DNA of 64,000 nucleotides. Source: Antedon mediterranea. Taxonomy: Eukaryota; Animalia; Echinodermata. The notes under the pieces are model-generated. The model was given only the letters and a program-made list of their open reading frames with translations. It had not been told where the DNA came from and searched no databases. The translations under genes were made by a program, and so were the position numbers. The stretch spans positions 13,711,045-13,775,044 of the forward strand of contig NC_092680.1 of NCBI RefSeq assembly GCF_964355755.1, written 5' to 3'. Shown one piece after another: positions 1 to 15,500 of the stretch; position 1 is the first letter of the stretch; the number at the start of each line of letters is the position of its first letter.

Positions 1-9
1 GTTGAGGCG

Positions 10-160
10 ATTTTGCGTTGGGGCGACTTTGCGATGGGGCGACTTTGTAATGGGGCGACTGTGCCGGGGCGACTTTGTTTTGGGGCGACTTTGCGATGGG
101 GCGACTTTGTATTGGGCGACTTTGTATGGGGCGACTTTGCGATGGGGCGACTTGACTGGA
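10..160. repeat. ~17-bp subterminal tandem repeats (TGGGGCGACTTTG...) at the end of a MITE-like element cut by the window edge
   Basis: About 9 copies of GGGGCGACTTTG ending in GACTTGACTGGA; the 65-aa ORF here is a repeat artefact. Confidence 0.7.
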
Positions 161-176
161 TCCCGTTTTCCTAAGA

Positions 177-257
177 GGGTAGTTGTCCTAGGAGGGTGAT
201 TGTCCAGGGGGTTATTGTCCGGGTGGTAGTTGTTCAGGGCGTAGTTGTCCTAGACCC
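177..257. repeat. 15-bp subterminal repeats (GGTAGTTGTCC-type), end of a second MITE-like element
   Basis: Five degenerate GGGTAGTTGTCC units ending TAGACCC. Confidence 0.55.
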
Positions 258-546
258 TATTGATGTCTTCTTTACTTATAAATATTGCAAGAGGGCTCTT
301 TACATTATGGTTCCCTGTCAATTGAGATTTTGCACTGGGTTACACAACTATATCTCCTCTTTACACGTATAGTTAATAAATTGATTCAAATAATAAATGC
401 AGTGATTTTTTATTTTAGATTTCAGAACAAAATACCCTTTTTAAAGCAATAATCTATATTTATGTCAGCAAAATTTTGGAAAAAAACAAAAATGCCCTTG
501 TTTTTCAATTGATGCTATGCTTGAGCAAAACTACAATGTTTAGGCC

Positions 547-3500
547 TTATTTAGGGCATGCAACTGTTTTGATATCGTCAATAGATAATTTCCATACATT
601 CTTCAAAGCTTGCCATCCTCGTTTCTGCGAGCAAAGTATATATGTGTTTGTTGGATCCATTGAATGATAGTATAAACCCATCAGCAGGGATTGAACGAGA
701 CGTGCACACATCATAGTAACAACCATGTTAACTTCAAAATCTGGTATTTTCGAAACACTCCCATATCCTGAGAGAAACCATTTACAGATGCTCGGGATTG
801 ATGATTCTTCTATGTCGGTCAACATCATGTAGGCTAGGCTGATGCTGACATCAAAGATGTAAGGGGATACTGTTGTGTCGCCAAAATCTATCACTCCACT
901 TAACATATACCTTTGTTGACTGGTGGGTACATTTGATGGTGTCACTAATATATTCAACTCATTTAAATCACCATGGATAATACCTGATAAAATGACAATT
1001 GAAATTTGTTTAAATTGGTATATAGAAACGGTATTGAAAGATAATATAGCATTCTGTAGCTTTGAATGCTCAAACTTGAATACTTTAAAATACAGTAATT
1101 TCAAATATCCCACAATGCAATCACACTATTTGTGGTGTATGAACACAAATTCAGTGCTATTATGCATGTAAACTTTTGCTGCTTACTATAAAACATCCCA
1201 CAATGCAATGTAAAATCACATAATTTAATAGCAGATTTTTTCACTGTTTTTTTCATTAAAAATATTTTTAAAAATAATAATAATCTTTAAAAATGAATAC
1301 ACTTCCCACCTCTAGTTAAATTGTCATAGACAGGTAAAACCTCTGCTTCAAATTTATTAAGAACAGCTTCAGAAATATCCCGTTGCCATTGCTCCTTTAC
1401 AAGATGTGCATAAGCACGTGTATGAACTGCTGATCGCAAGTGCCACTCAAAATCCTCCCGGATCAAAGATGGATGCTCGTAACCCTAAATAAAAACAAAT
1501 AATAATAATTTTTTATTTAGACACCAGGCTTATACATATAAGTAAAAACATAGAGGTAGAAAACTTTTAAAATACATCCCAACATCATTGTTACAATTCC
1601 CTACTTTGGCAATAGTGTCTTATTTTTAAGAAATAATTTTTATAAGCATCTATTTTTATAAATCTATCTCTAATGTACAATAATCCATTTTATTATATAA
1701 GCATCTATTTTTATAATCTATCTCTAATGTACAATAATCCATTTTATTATATAAGCATCTATTTTTATAATCTATCTCTAATGTACAATAACCCATTTTA
1801 TTATATAAGCATCTATTTTTATAATCTATCTCTAATGTACAATAACCCATTTTATTATATAAGCATCTATTTTTATAATCTATCTCTAATGTACAATAAC
1901 CCATTTTATTATATAAGCATCTATTTTTATAATCTATCTCTAATGTACAATAACCCATTTTATTATATAAGCATCTATTTTTATAATCTATCTCTAATGT
2001 ACAATAACCCATTTTATTATATAAGCATCTATTTTTATAATCTATCTCTAATGTACAATAACCCATTTTATTATATAAGCATCTATTTTTATAATCTATC
2101 TCTAATGTACAATAACCCATTTTATTATATAAGCATCTATTTTTATAATCTATCTCTAATGTACAATAACCCATTTTATTATATAAGCATCTATTTTTAT
2201 AATCTATCTCTAATGTACAATAACCCATTTTATTATATAAGCATCTATTTTTATAATCTATCTCTAATGTACAATAACCCATTTTATTATATAAGCATCT
2301 ATTTTTATAATCTATCTCTAATGTACAATAACCCATTTTATTATATAAGCATCTATTTTTATAATCTATCTCTAATGTACAATAACCCATTTTATTATAT
2401 AAGCATCTATTTTTATAATCTATCTCTAATGTACAATAACCCATTTTATTATATAAGCATCTATTTTTATAATCTATCTCTAATGTACAATAACCCATTT
2501 TATTATATAAGCATCTATTTTTATAATCTATCTCTAATGTACAATAACCCATTTTATTATATAAGCATCTATTTTTATAATCTATCTCTAATGTACAATA
2601 ACCCATTTTATTATATAAGCATCTATTTTTATAATCTATCTCTAATGTACAATAACCCATTTTATTATATAAGCATCTATTTTTATAATCTATCTCTAAT
2701 GTACAATAACCCATTTTATTATATAAGCATCTATTTTTATAATCTATCTCTAATGTACAATAACCCATTTTATTATATAAGCATCTATTTTTATAATCTA
2801 TCTCTAATGTACAATAACCCATTTTATTATATAAGCATCTATTTTTATAATCTATCTCTAATGTACAATAACCCATTTTATTATATAAGCATCTATTTTT
2901 ATAATCTATCTCTAATGTACAATAACCCATTTTATTATATAAGCATCTATTTTTATAATCTATCTCTAATGTACAATAACCCATTTTATTATATAAGCAT
3001 CTATTTTTATAATCTATCTCTAATGTACAATAACCCATTTTATTATATAAGCATCTATTTTTATAATCTATCTCTAATGTACAATAACCCATTTTATTAT
3101 ATAAGCATCTATTTTTATAATCTATCTCTAATGTACAATAATCCATTTTATTATATAAGCATCTATTTTTATAATCTATCTCTAATGTACAATAACCCAT
3201 TTTATTATATAAGCATCTATTTTTATAATCTATCTCTAATGTACAATAACCCATTTTATTATATAAGCATCTATTTTTATAATCTATCTCTAATGTACAA
3301 TAACCCATTTTATTATATAAGCATCTATTTTTATAATCTATCTCTAATGTACAATAACCCATTTTATTATATAAGCATCTATTTTTATAATCTATCTCTA
3401 ATGTACAATAATCCATTTTATTATATAAGCATCTATTTTTATAATCTATCTCTAATGTACAATAACCCATTTTATTATATAAGCATCTATTTTTATAATC

Positions 3501-6500
3501 TATCTCTAATGTACAATAACCCATTTTATTATATAAGCATCTATTTTTATAATCTATCTCTAATGTACAATAACCCATTTTATTATATAAGCATCTATTT
3601 TTATAATCTATCTCTAATGTACAATAATCCATTTTATTATATAAGCATCTATTTTTATAATCTATCTCTAATGTACAATAACCCATTTTATTATATAAGT
3701 ATCTATTTTTATAATCTATCTCTAATGTACAATAACCCATTTTATTATATAAGCATCTATTTTTATAATCTATCTCTAATGTACAATAACCCATTTTATT
3801 ATATAAGTATCTATTTTTATAATCTATCTCTAATGTACAATAACCCATTTTATTATATAAGTATCTATTTTTATAATCTATCTCTAATGTACAATAACCC
3901 ATTTTATTATATAAGTATCTATTTTTATAATCTATCTCTAATGTACAATAACCCATTTTATTATATAAGCATCTATTTTTATAATCTATCTCTAATGTAC
4001 AATAACCCATTTTATTATATAAGCATCTATTTTTATAATCTATCTCTAATGTACAATAACCCATTTTATTATATAAGCATCTATTTTTATAATCTATCTC
4101 TAATGTACAATAACCCATTTTATTATATAAGCATCTATTTTTATAATCTATCTCTAATGTACAATAACCCATTTTATTATATAAGCATCTATTTTTATAA
4201 TCTATCTCTAATGTACAATAATCCATTTTATTATATAAGCATCTATTTTTATAATCTATCTCTAATGTACAATAACCCATTTTATTATATAAGCATCTAT
4301 TTTTATAATCTATCTCTAATGTACAATAACCCATTTTATTATATAAGCATCTATTTTTATAATCTATCTCTAATGTACAATAACCCATTTTATTATATAA
4401 GCATCTATTTTTATAATCTATCTCTAATGTACAATAATCCATTTTATTATATAAGCATCTATTTTTATAATCTATCTCTAATGTACAATAACCCATTTTA
4501 TTATATAAGTATCTATTTTTATAATCTATCTCTAATGTACAATAACCCATTTTATTATATAAGCATCTATTTTTATAATCTATCTCTAATGTACAATAAC
4601 CCATTTTATTATATAAGCATCTATTTTTATAATCTATCTCTAATGTACAATAACCCATTTTATTATATAAGTATCTATTTTTATAATCTATCTCTAATGT
4701 ACAATAATCCATTTTATTATATAAGCATCTATTTTTATAATCTATCTCTAATGTACAATAACCCATTTTATTATATAAGTATCTATTTTTATAATCTATC
4801 TCTAATGTACAATAACCCATTTTATTATATAAGTATCTATTTTTATAATCTATCTCTAATGTACAATAACCCATTTTATTATATAAGCATCTATTTTTAT
4901 AATCTATCTCTAATGTACAATAACCCATTTTATTATATAAGTATCTATTTTTATAATCTATCTCTAATGTACAATAATCCATTTTATTATATAAGCATCT
5001 ATTTTTATAATCTATCTCTAATGTACAATAACCCATTTTATTATATAAGTATCTATTTTTATAATCTATCTCTAATGTACAATAATCCATTTTATTATAT
5101 AAGCATCTATTTTTATAATCTATCTCTAATGTACAATAACCCATTTTATTATATAAGTATCTATTTTTATAATCTATCTCTAATGTACAATAACCCATTT
5201 TATTATATAAGCATCTATTTTTATAATCTATCTCTAATGTACAATAACCCATTTTATTATATAAGTATCTATTTTTATAATCTATCTCTAATGTACAATA
5301 ATCCATTTTATTATATAAGCATCTATTTTTATAATCTATCTCTAATGTACAATAACCCATTTTATTATATAAGTATCTATTTTTATAATCTATCTCTAAT
5401 GTACAATAACCCATTTTATTATATAAGCATCTATTTTTATAATCTATCTCTAATGTACAATAATCCATTTTATTATATAAGTATCTATTTTTATAATCTA
5501 TCTCTAATGTACAATAACCCATTTTATTATATAAGTATCTATTTTTATAATCTATCTCTAATGTACAATAACCCATTTTATTATATAAGTATCTATTTTT
5601 ATAATCTATCTCTAATGTACAATAACCCATTTTATTATATAAGCATCTATTTTTATAATCTATCTCTAATGTACAATAACCCATTTTATTATATAAGTAT
5701 CTATTTTTATAATCTATCTCTAATGTACAATAACCCATTTTATTATATAAGCATCTATTTTTATAATCTATCTCTAATGTACAATAATCCATTTTATTAT
5801 ATAAGTATCTATTTTTATAATCTATCTCTAATGTACAATAACCCATTTTATTATATAAGTATCTATTTTTATAATCTATCTCTAATGTACAATAACCCAT
5901 TTTATTATATAAGCATCTATTTTTATAATCTATCTCTAATGTACAATAACCCATTTTATTATATAAGCATCTATTTTTATAATCTATCTCTAATGTACAA
6001 TAACCCATTTTATTATATAAGCATCTATTTTTATAATCTATCTCTAATGTACAATAACCCATTTTATTATATAAGCATCTATTTTTATAATCTATCTCTA
6101 ATGTACAATAACCCATTTTATTATATAAGCATCTATTTTTATAATCTATCTCTAATGTACAATAACCCATTTTATTATATAAGTATCTATTTTTATAATC
6201 TATCTCTAATGTACAATAACCCATTTTATTATATAAGTATCTATTTTTATAATCTATCTCTAATGTACAATAACCCATTTTATTATATAAGTATCTATTT
6301 TTATAATCTATCTCTAATGTACAATAACCCATTTTATTATATAAGCATCTATTTTTATAATCTATCTCTAATGTACAATAACCCATTTTATTATATAAGC
6401 ATCTATTTTTATAATCTATCTCTAATGTACAATAACCCATTTTATTATATAAGCATCTATTTTTATAATCTATCTCTAATGTACAATAACCCATTTTATT

Positions 6501-9500
6501 ATATAAGCATCTATTTTTATAATCTATCTCTAATGTACAATAACCCATTTTATTATATAAGCATCTATTTTTATAATCTATCTCTAATGTACAATAATCC
6601 ATTTTATTATATAAGCATCTATTTTTATAATCTATCTCTAATGTACAATAACCCATTTTATTATATAAGCATCTATTTTTATAATCTATCTCTAATGTAC
6701 AATAACCCATTTTATTATATAAGCATCTATTTTTATAATCTATCTCTAATGTACAATAACCCATTTTATTATATAAGCATCTATTTTTATAATCTATCTC
6801 TAATGTACAATAATCCATTTTATTATATAAGCATCTATTTTTATAATCTATCTCTAATGTACAATAACCCATTTTATTATATAAGTATCTATTTTTATAA
6901 TCTATCTCTAATGTACAATAACCCATTTTATTATATAAGCATCTATTTTTATAATCTATCTCTAATGTACAATAACCCATTTTATTATATAAGCATCTAT
7001 TTTTATAATCTATCTCTAATGTACAATAACCCATTTTATTATATAAGTATCTATTTTTATAATCTATCTCTAATGTACAATAATCCATTTTATTATATAA
7101 GCATCTATTTTTATAATCTATCTCTAATGTACAATAACCCATTTTATTATATAAGTATCTATTTTTATAATCTATCTCTAATGTACAATAACCCATTTTA
7201 TTATATAAGTATCTATTTTTATAATCTATCTCTAATGTACAATAACCCATTTTATTATATAAGCATCTATTTTTATAATCTATCTCTAATGTACAATAAC
7301 CCATTTTATTATATAAGTATCTATTTTTATAATCTATCTCTAATGTACAATAATCCATTTTATTATATAAGCATCTATTTTTATAATCTATCTCTAATGT
7401 ACAATAACCCATTTTATTATATAAGTATCTATTTTTATAATCTATCTCTAATGTACAATAATCCATTTTATTATATAAGCATCTATTTTTATAATCTATC
7501 TCTAATGTACAATAACCCATTTTATTATATAAGTATCTATTTTTATAATCTATCTCTAATGTACAATAACCCATTTTATTATATAAGCATCTATTTTTAT
7601 AATCTATCTCTAATGTACAATAACCCATTTTATTATATAAGTATCTATTTTTATAATCTATCTCTAATGTACAATAATCCATTTTATTATATAAGCATCT
7701 ATTTTTATAATCTATCTCTAATGTACAATAACCCATTTTATTATATAAGTATCTATTTTTATAATCTATCTCTAATGTACAATAACCCATTTTATTATAT
7801 AAGCATCTATTTTTATAATCTATCTCTAATGTACAATAATCCATTTTATTATATAAGTATCTATTTTTATAATCTATCTCTAATGTACAATAACCCATTT
7901 TATTATATAAGTATCTATTTTTATAATCTATCTCTAATGTACAATAACCCATTTTATTATATAAGTATCTATTTTTATAATCTATCTCTAATGTACAATA
8001 ACCCATTTTATTATATAAGCATCTATTTTTATAATCTATCTCTAATGTACAATAACCCATTTTATTATATAAGTATCTATTTTTATAATCTATCTCTAAT
8101 GTACAATAACCCATTTTATTATATAAGCATCTATTTTTATAATCTATCTCTAATGTACAATAATCCATTTTATTATATAAGTATCTATTTTTATAATCTA
8201 TCTCTAATGTACAATAACCCATTTTATTATATAAGTATCTATTTTTATAATCTATCTCTAATGTACAATAACCCATTTTATTATATAAGCATCTATTTTT
8301 ATAATCTATCTCTAATGTACAATAACCCATTTTATTATATAAGCATCTATTTTTATAATCTATCTCTAATGTACAATAACCCATTTTATTATATAAGCAT
8401 CTATTTTTATAATCTATCTCTAATGTACAATAACCCATTTTATTATATAAGCATCTATTTTTATAATCTATCTCTAATGTACAATAACCCATTTTATTAT
8501 ATAAGCATCTATTTTTATAATCTATCTCTAATGTACAATAACCCATTTTATTATATAAGCATCTATTTTTATAATCTATCTCTAATGTACAATAATCCAT
8601 TTTATTATATAAGCATCTATTTTTATAATCTATCTCTAATGTACAATAACCCATTTTATTATATAAGCATCTATTTTTATAATCTATCTCTAATGTACAA
8701 TAATCCATTTTATTATATAAGCATCTATTTTTATAATCTATCTCTAATGTACAATAACCCATTTTATTATATAAGCATCTATTTTTATAATCTATCTCTA
8801 ATGTACAATAACCCATTTTATTATATAAGCATCTATTTTTATAATCTATCTCTAATGTACAATAACCCATTTTATTATATAAGCATCTATTTTTATAATC
8901 TATCTCTAATGTACAATAATCCATTTTATTATATAAGCATCTATTTTTATAATCTATCTCTAATGTACAATAACCCATTTTATTATATAAGCATCTATTT
9001 TTATAATCTATCTCTAATGTACAATAACCCATTTTATTATATAAGTATCTATTTTTATAATCTATCTCTAATGTACAATAATCCATTTTATTATATAAGC
9101 ATCTATTTTTATAATCTATCTCTAATGTACAATAACCCATTTTATTATATAAGTATCTATTTTTATAATCTATCTCTAATGTACAATAATCCATTTTATT
9201 ATATAAGCATCTATTTTTATAATCTATCTCTAATGTACAATAACCCATTTTATTATATAAGTATCTATTTTTATAATCTATCTCTAATGTACAATAACCC
9301 ATTTTATTATATAAGCATCTATTTTTATAATCTATCTCTAATGTACAATAACCCATTTTATTATATAAGTATCTATTTTTATAATCTATCTCTAATGTAC
9401 AATAATCCATTTTATTATATAAGCATCTATTTTTATAATCTATCTCTAATGTACAATAACCCATTTTATTATATAAGTATCTATTTTTATAATCTATCTC

Positions 9501-12500
9501 TAATGTACAATAACCCATTTTATTATATAAGCATCTATTTTTATAATCTATCTCTAATGTACAATAATCCATTTTATTATATAAGTATCTATTTTTATAA
9601 TCTATCTCTAATGTACAATAACCCATTTTATTATATAAGTATCTATTTTTATAATCTATCTCTAATGTACAATAACCCATTTTATTATATAAGTATCTAT
9701 TTTTATAATCTATCTCTAATGTACAATAACCCATTTTATTATATAAGCATCTATTTTTATAATCTATCTCTAATGTACAATAACCCATTTTATTATATAA
9801 GTATCTATTTTTATAATCTATCTCTAATGTACAATAACCCATTTTATTATATAAGCATCTATTTTTATAATCTATCTCTAATGTACAATAATCCATTTTA
9901 TTATATAAGTATCTATTTTTATAATCTATCTCTAATGTACAATAACCCATTTTATTATATAAGTATCTATTTTTATAATCTATCTCTAATGTACAATAAC
10001 CCATTTTATTATATAAGCATCTATTTTTATAATCTATCTCTAATGTACAATAACCCATTTTATTATATAAGCATCTATTTTTATAATCTATCTCTAATGT
10101 ACAATAACCCATTTTATTATATAAGCATCTATTTTTATAATCTATCTCTAATGTACAATAACCCATTTTATTATATAAGCATCTATTTTTATAATCTATC
10201 TCTAATGTACAATAACCCATTTTATTATATAAGCATCTATTTTTATAATCTATCTCTAATGTACAATAACCCATTTTATTATATAAGCATCTATTTTTAT
10301 AATCTATCTCTAATGTACAATAACCCATTTTATTATATAAGCATCTATTTTTATAATCTATCTCTAATGTACAATAACCCATTTTATTATATAAGCATCT
10401 ATTTTTATAATCTATCTCTAATGTACAATAATCCATTTTATTATATAAGCATCTATTTTTATAATCTATCTCTAATGTACAATAACCCATTTTATTATAT
10501 AAGCATCTATTTTTATAATCTATCTCTAATGTACAATAACCCATTTTATTATATAAGCATCTATTTTTATAATCTATCTCTAATGTACAATAACCCATTT
10601 TATTATATAAGCATCTATTTTTATAATCTATCTCTAATGTACAATAATCCATTTTATTATATAAGCATCTATTTTTATAATCTATCTCTAATGTACAATA
10701 ACCCATTTTATTATATAAGCATCTATTTTTATAATCTATCTCTAATGTACAATAACCCATTTTATTATATAAGCATCTATTTTTATAATCTATCTCTAAT
10801 GTACAATAACCCATTTTATTATATAAGCATCTATTTTTATAATCTATCTCCAATGTACAATAACCCATTTTATTATATAAGTATCTATTTTTATAATCTA
10901 TCTCTCTATCTTTATGTAGTGTTGACGTGGGTTTGGTTAAGCACATCTTTTGATGACAATTTTTTAACTTTTGCTTTACCTAACTGCCCCGTTAAACTTT
11001 TTTGTTTCTGATTGTCGAAAGATTTAAAAAAAAAAATAAAATAATTGGACTGACTTGTCAAGTCTAGATATGGAATTGTAACACTAACAGTGATGTTTGG
11101 ATGTATTTTTTAACAAAGTATAGAGTACTGGTTTGGCCACACTCCCGATAGTTGTTATAACATCTGAGAAGAGAATTTAAAGTAAGAGAAATTTGGTAAA
11201 CAAAGAAAATCATGTAAATTGGGGCACTGGATTTTAGAATACATAAAAATAGTAGAAGGAACTACTTTTTTTTCAATTCAATTCAATTCAAGAAACATTT
11301 ATTGACCATATTTTAGCATAACATTAACAATGGTTAGCATATAATATATATAGTCGAGAGACTACAAAAGGCCCGATGGGCCTGTCACTGTAGTCTCTCT
11401 TTACATTATACAAGTATACATACAAATACTAATAATAATAATACAACACTTCAGCTAATCTTAATTAGCCGTTATGTACATTATATCAGTATAAAAAAAT
11501 TAAAAAAAGAATACAGTATCTTAATTAATTAGGTAACCATCTGAGGTATACTTTAATAAAAGATATTCTTTAATGGACCTTTTTAAACTTTTGCCATGCT
11601 TATGCACCATGCTTGGAATTTTATTACAGAAATAATTCCAAAGTTTAGGTCCATTTATATGAATAAAGTGTTGGCCGCAAGTTAGTCTTGAGAAAGGTAC
11701 ATTCATTGCATATTTGTGTCTAAGATTGTGATAATTGTTGTCATGCTTACTAAAAATGTTATAACATTATCCATGAAGCCTATAACATTTAGTTTATGGA
11801 TGTCGTGAATATTAACTATTTTTCGTTTTTTAAACAGAGGTTCAGACGACACTCTCATGTTTGAATGAGTTATTATTCTGGCAGCTCTTTTCTGGAGCTT
11901 CCATAATGTTTCCAGTGTACTATTGTATGTGTTTCCCCATACAAGATTGCCATATTGGAAATGGGGTAATATTAAGGTGTTGTATAAGTTGGTTAAAAAT
12001 CTCTAACTTTCACTAGTATTCCAGTAGCCCTGGCTACTTTTCTACTGGTAAGTTTCATATGTTGCTTCCAGCAGAGGTTTTCATTGATTACAACACCTAA
12101 AAACGTAACATTTTCTTTTTGTTCTAGTAAAATATTGTTCATTTTTATACACACTTTGTTTGGGTTTACACATTTTTGTGGAGCTCTAAATACAACATAA
12201 TTTGTTTTACAAATGTTCAACAAGAGCTTATTGGCTTTAAACCACATGTTTATTTTCTCAAGTTCAATATTGATTATACTTGACAATATAGACCGGCAGC
12301 CCAGAGACATTTGGTTAGATGAGCTAGGTACCAATATCTGACTATTTGAGTGTGTTGGGGGTCACTTGAAGTGAATGAAAATGGGAGTCTGCCGGGTACC
12401 CCCTGCTGCGTCTAGACCTGGGGGACCCCGAAACGTGCTAAAAAATCGGCACAGGTTAGATGAGAGAGATACCATATAATTTTACTACCATGGGATGCCC

Positions 12501-15500
12501 ATTGGCATCCTTATAACAGTATCACAAACGACAGACTTTTTCTCTGCTGCAAAAGGCCCGCCAGACCCCCCGAGGGAGGGCCTAAAATGGGGTTAGCATA
12601 GATGAGTGAGGTACCACTCAAAATCAATTCCAAACGAACAAGTTGTGTTCATACAATACTAAATGGATAACAACAGACTAATTGTCTGCTGCACCGCAAG
12701 TGCCAGACACCCTAAAGTTAGACTAGAGGCCCCCCTTCCCCCAACTAACCCAGCTTAGATATTGTAGATACCACCAGCAACAAATGTTATATGATTTAGC
12801 AATAGCACATGTAGGCAATACCAAATGACCTATAATTACAGACTATCTGAACACTGCCCTGGCCCTGGCAGACCCCTCTAAAGTTAGACTAGAGACCCTC
12901 TTTCCCCAACTAGCCCAGCTTAGATATTGTAGATACCACCAGCAACCAATGTTATATGATTTAGCACATTGTAAGCAATCACCAAATGACCTATTACAAA
13001 CTATCTGTACACTGCCTTGGCCCTGGCAGACCCCTCTAAAGTTCGACTAGAGACTCCATTCCCCCAACTGGCCTAGCTTAGATATTGTAGATACCACCAG
13101 CAACCAATGTTATAATTATGATTTAGCACATTGTAAGCAATACCAAATGACCTATAACAGACTATCTGTACACTGCCTTGGCACTGACAGACCCCTCTAA
13201 AATTCCCCCATTTACCCAAAGTATATAGCCTACCTTAGATATTGTCGATACCACCAGCAGCAAAAAAAAAACACCCAAAACAATATATTTAATTGAATAA
13301 GGTTTAACTTTAATCGAACTAACACAAAACAATTGAAAATATATCACATCAATGACGATAAAATGACCATTACCATTTTAAAGGGAAAAATAGTTTAAGA
13401 GTTTCACTTCAAACTTATATAAGCCAAATATAAACAAGTACGGATTCGAGTAAATTTAGCATTCCTGCTAAGAATTGTGACGATCTGGAATTCCTTGTCT
13501 TTGAATGTCAAAGATACATTCGTCTGTAACTCTTGCAACCTATTTTAAGAGAAAGCTTAGTAATCACCTTAATCAAATTCAGGATTGTAGTAACTTAATC
13601 AAAAGTGATTTGATTAATTAATAGTTGGTAATTTTAAATGCTGTATATTATAATCTTAATCCTCTATATATATTTATATATATAAATCCAAAGGCAAATA
13701 ACTGAAAAAATGACAATGCTGTGGGTATCAGCATAGAGATCTCTATGGTATCAGTGGCTGAATCTCAATGGAGATACAAAAAAAAAGTGAAAAGCTAAAT
13801 CAAAAGGATAAAGTAAAACAGCCAGAAACGTTAGCAGAGCTTTCGGGCAACACTAGCCCTTCATCATTGCAAGTGAAGGATAAGAGCTGGCAAGTGCTGC
13901 CTGGGTGGACAGGAATAAAAGAAATACAACAAAAGGAGACAGGGTGGAGTCTGAATAAGAGTAGAAAACAAAGAAGGTAGCTTGGTAGAGATACAGTATA
14001 AACAATTTTGGAATGAAACTAAACACGGCCAACAGTCATAAGTCGCGTGCTAAAACGCATAGTGATACCGGACCGACAGACAGACCGACCGACCGCCGAC
14101 ATAGTGAACTATAGAGTCGCGTCCACGCGACTAAAAACAGCTTAAATGGTGGTTAATATTGAAACTTAAATTTAGGTAGACAATGGAATAATTTTACCAA
14201 CCTGGGAGTATGTTTCTAATGTTAAGTACAAAAGGTTTTGTGGTTTTAAGTTGTAATTCCCAGTGGTTTTCCTTGTCTTTGCAAGTTTTGTCGCTCCATT
14301 TGACACATGGAATATTGCAATAACTCTGAAATTTGTTATCGAGTGACCAGATGAATTAAAATGTTCGGCTACAGGTTGAACAAGCTTTAATGTGTTGATA
14401 GCTGATCTGTGTTGTGTCATTCTCATACGGAGAGTGTTTTTTGTTTCTCCGACGTACTGTTTGCCACAAATATTACAGTATATGAGATAAATGACGTTTT
14501 TGGTTTGACAATTAATTGATTGCCTTATCCGAAAAATGCGGCCAGTTTGGTTACCCTTAAATTTTTCAGTAGAATCAACCAATGAACAAGTTTAGCAAGA
14601 TTTGCCGCAAAGGTGACTGCCCAAATTTTGACTGTCATGAGAGTTAATTTCACTCTTACATTTGGATCTGACTAATATATCACGAAGGTTGGGAGGTCTA
14701 CGAAATGCAATAATGGGTGGTTCCGGAAAAACAGTCCTGAGACGTTCTGTGAACTGTAGAATGGGCATATGTTTCTCAATAAATTAATAGCCCCGTAATG
14801 GAGGCAACCTAGGTTGATAGGTTTGTAATTTCTATTTCGGAGATGTCCGGTTAGTTCTTCGGTACGATTCTGAAAATCTAAATCTGAAGAACAGATACGT
14901 CTGATAGGTAATGCTTTACTGTTCGGTATGTTTTTAGTACAATGTTGGGGATGACAACTGCTAGGGAGCAGGTACATATTTTTATCAGTGGGTTTACGGA
15001 ATAGGTCAGTTTTGAGAGTACCATTTTCTATGGTCACTATAGTGTCCACAAAATCAACGCTACTAGTGGATTTGGTAATTGTAAATCTTAGGATCGATGG
15101 AGTGTTTTTTTTTACCATCACAGATTTTGCCACCTTATCCGCAATTTCCGGGGTGGGTTCCGTTGTGAGTTTACGATATATAATGAAGCTGTCTTAAGGA
15201 TTCCTCTTAATAAAATTTGATGTCCATAGCAACAGTGGCAGAACCTTTATCAGCGGGTTTAATGATGATATCATTACGCTGACGCAATTTGGCAATGGCC
15301 TGCCTCTCTTGTTTTGAGATTGTCACGTTTATCTGGACTCGGGACGTAGTTTTGTACATCCTCCTCAATAGCCTGGATAAATGTTTCTAAAGCTGGACAA
15401 CGATTTTTAGGTGGATTCCAGGAACTTTTTGGTTTAAATTTGTTAACGTTGCCTTCATTTTGCGTGGTGCTGCTGTCTGAATTAGCAAAATATTCACGTA

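Noticed and set aside
547-1113. Bacterial aminoglycoside phosphotransferase / horizontal transfer
   Set aside because: Spliced gene matching animal HYKK; the ORF's first ~43 codons are intronic.
1639-10906. CRISPR-like array
   Set aside because: No unique spacers, no cas genes, eukaryotic context.
1656-11011. 3096-aa and 3112-aa ORFs as protein-coding genes
   Set aside because: Products of a stop-free 54-bp unit inside an intron; no domain or unique coding context. Kept only as a low-interest finding.
11054-11163. Possible extra HYKK exon (AG...GT bounded on -)
   Set aside because: Stops in all three frames, and the flanking exons already join in phase.
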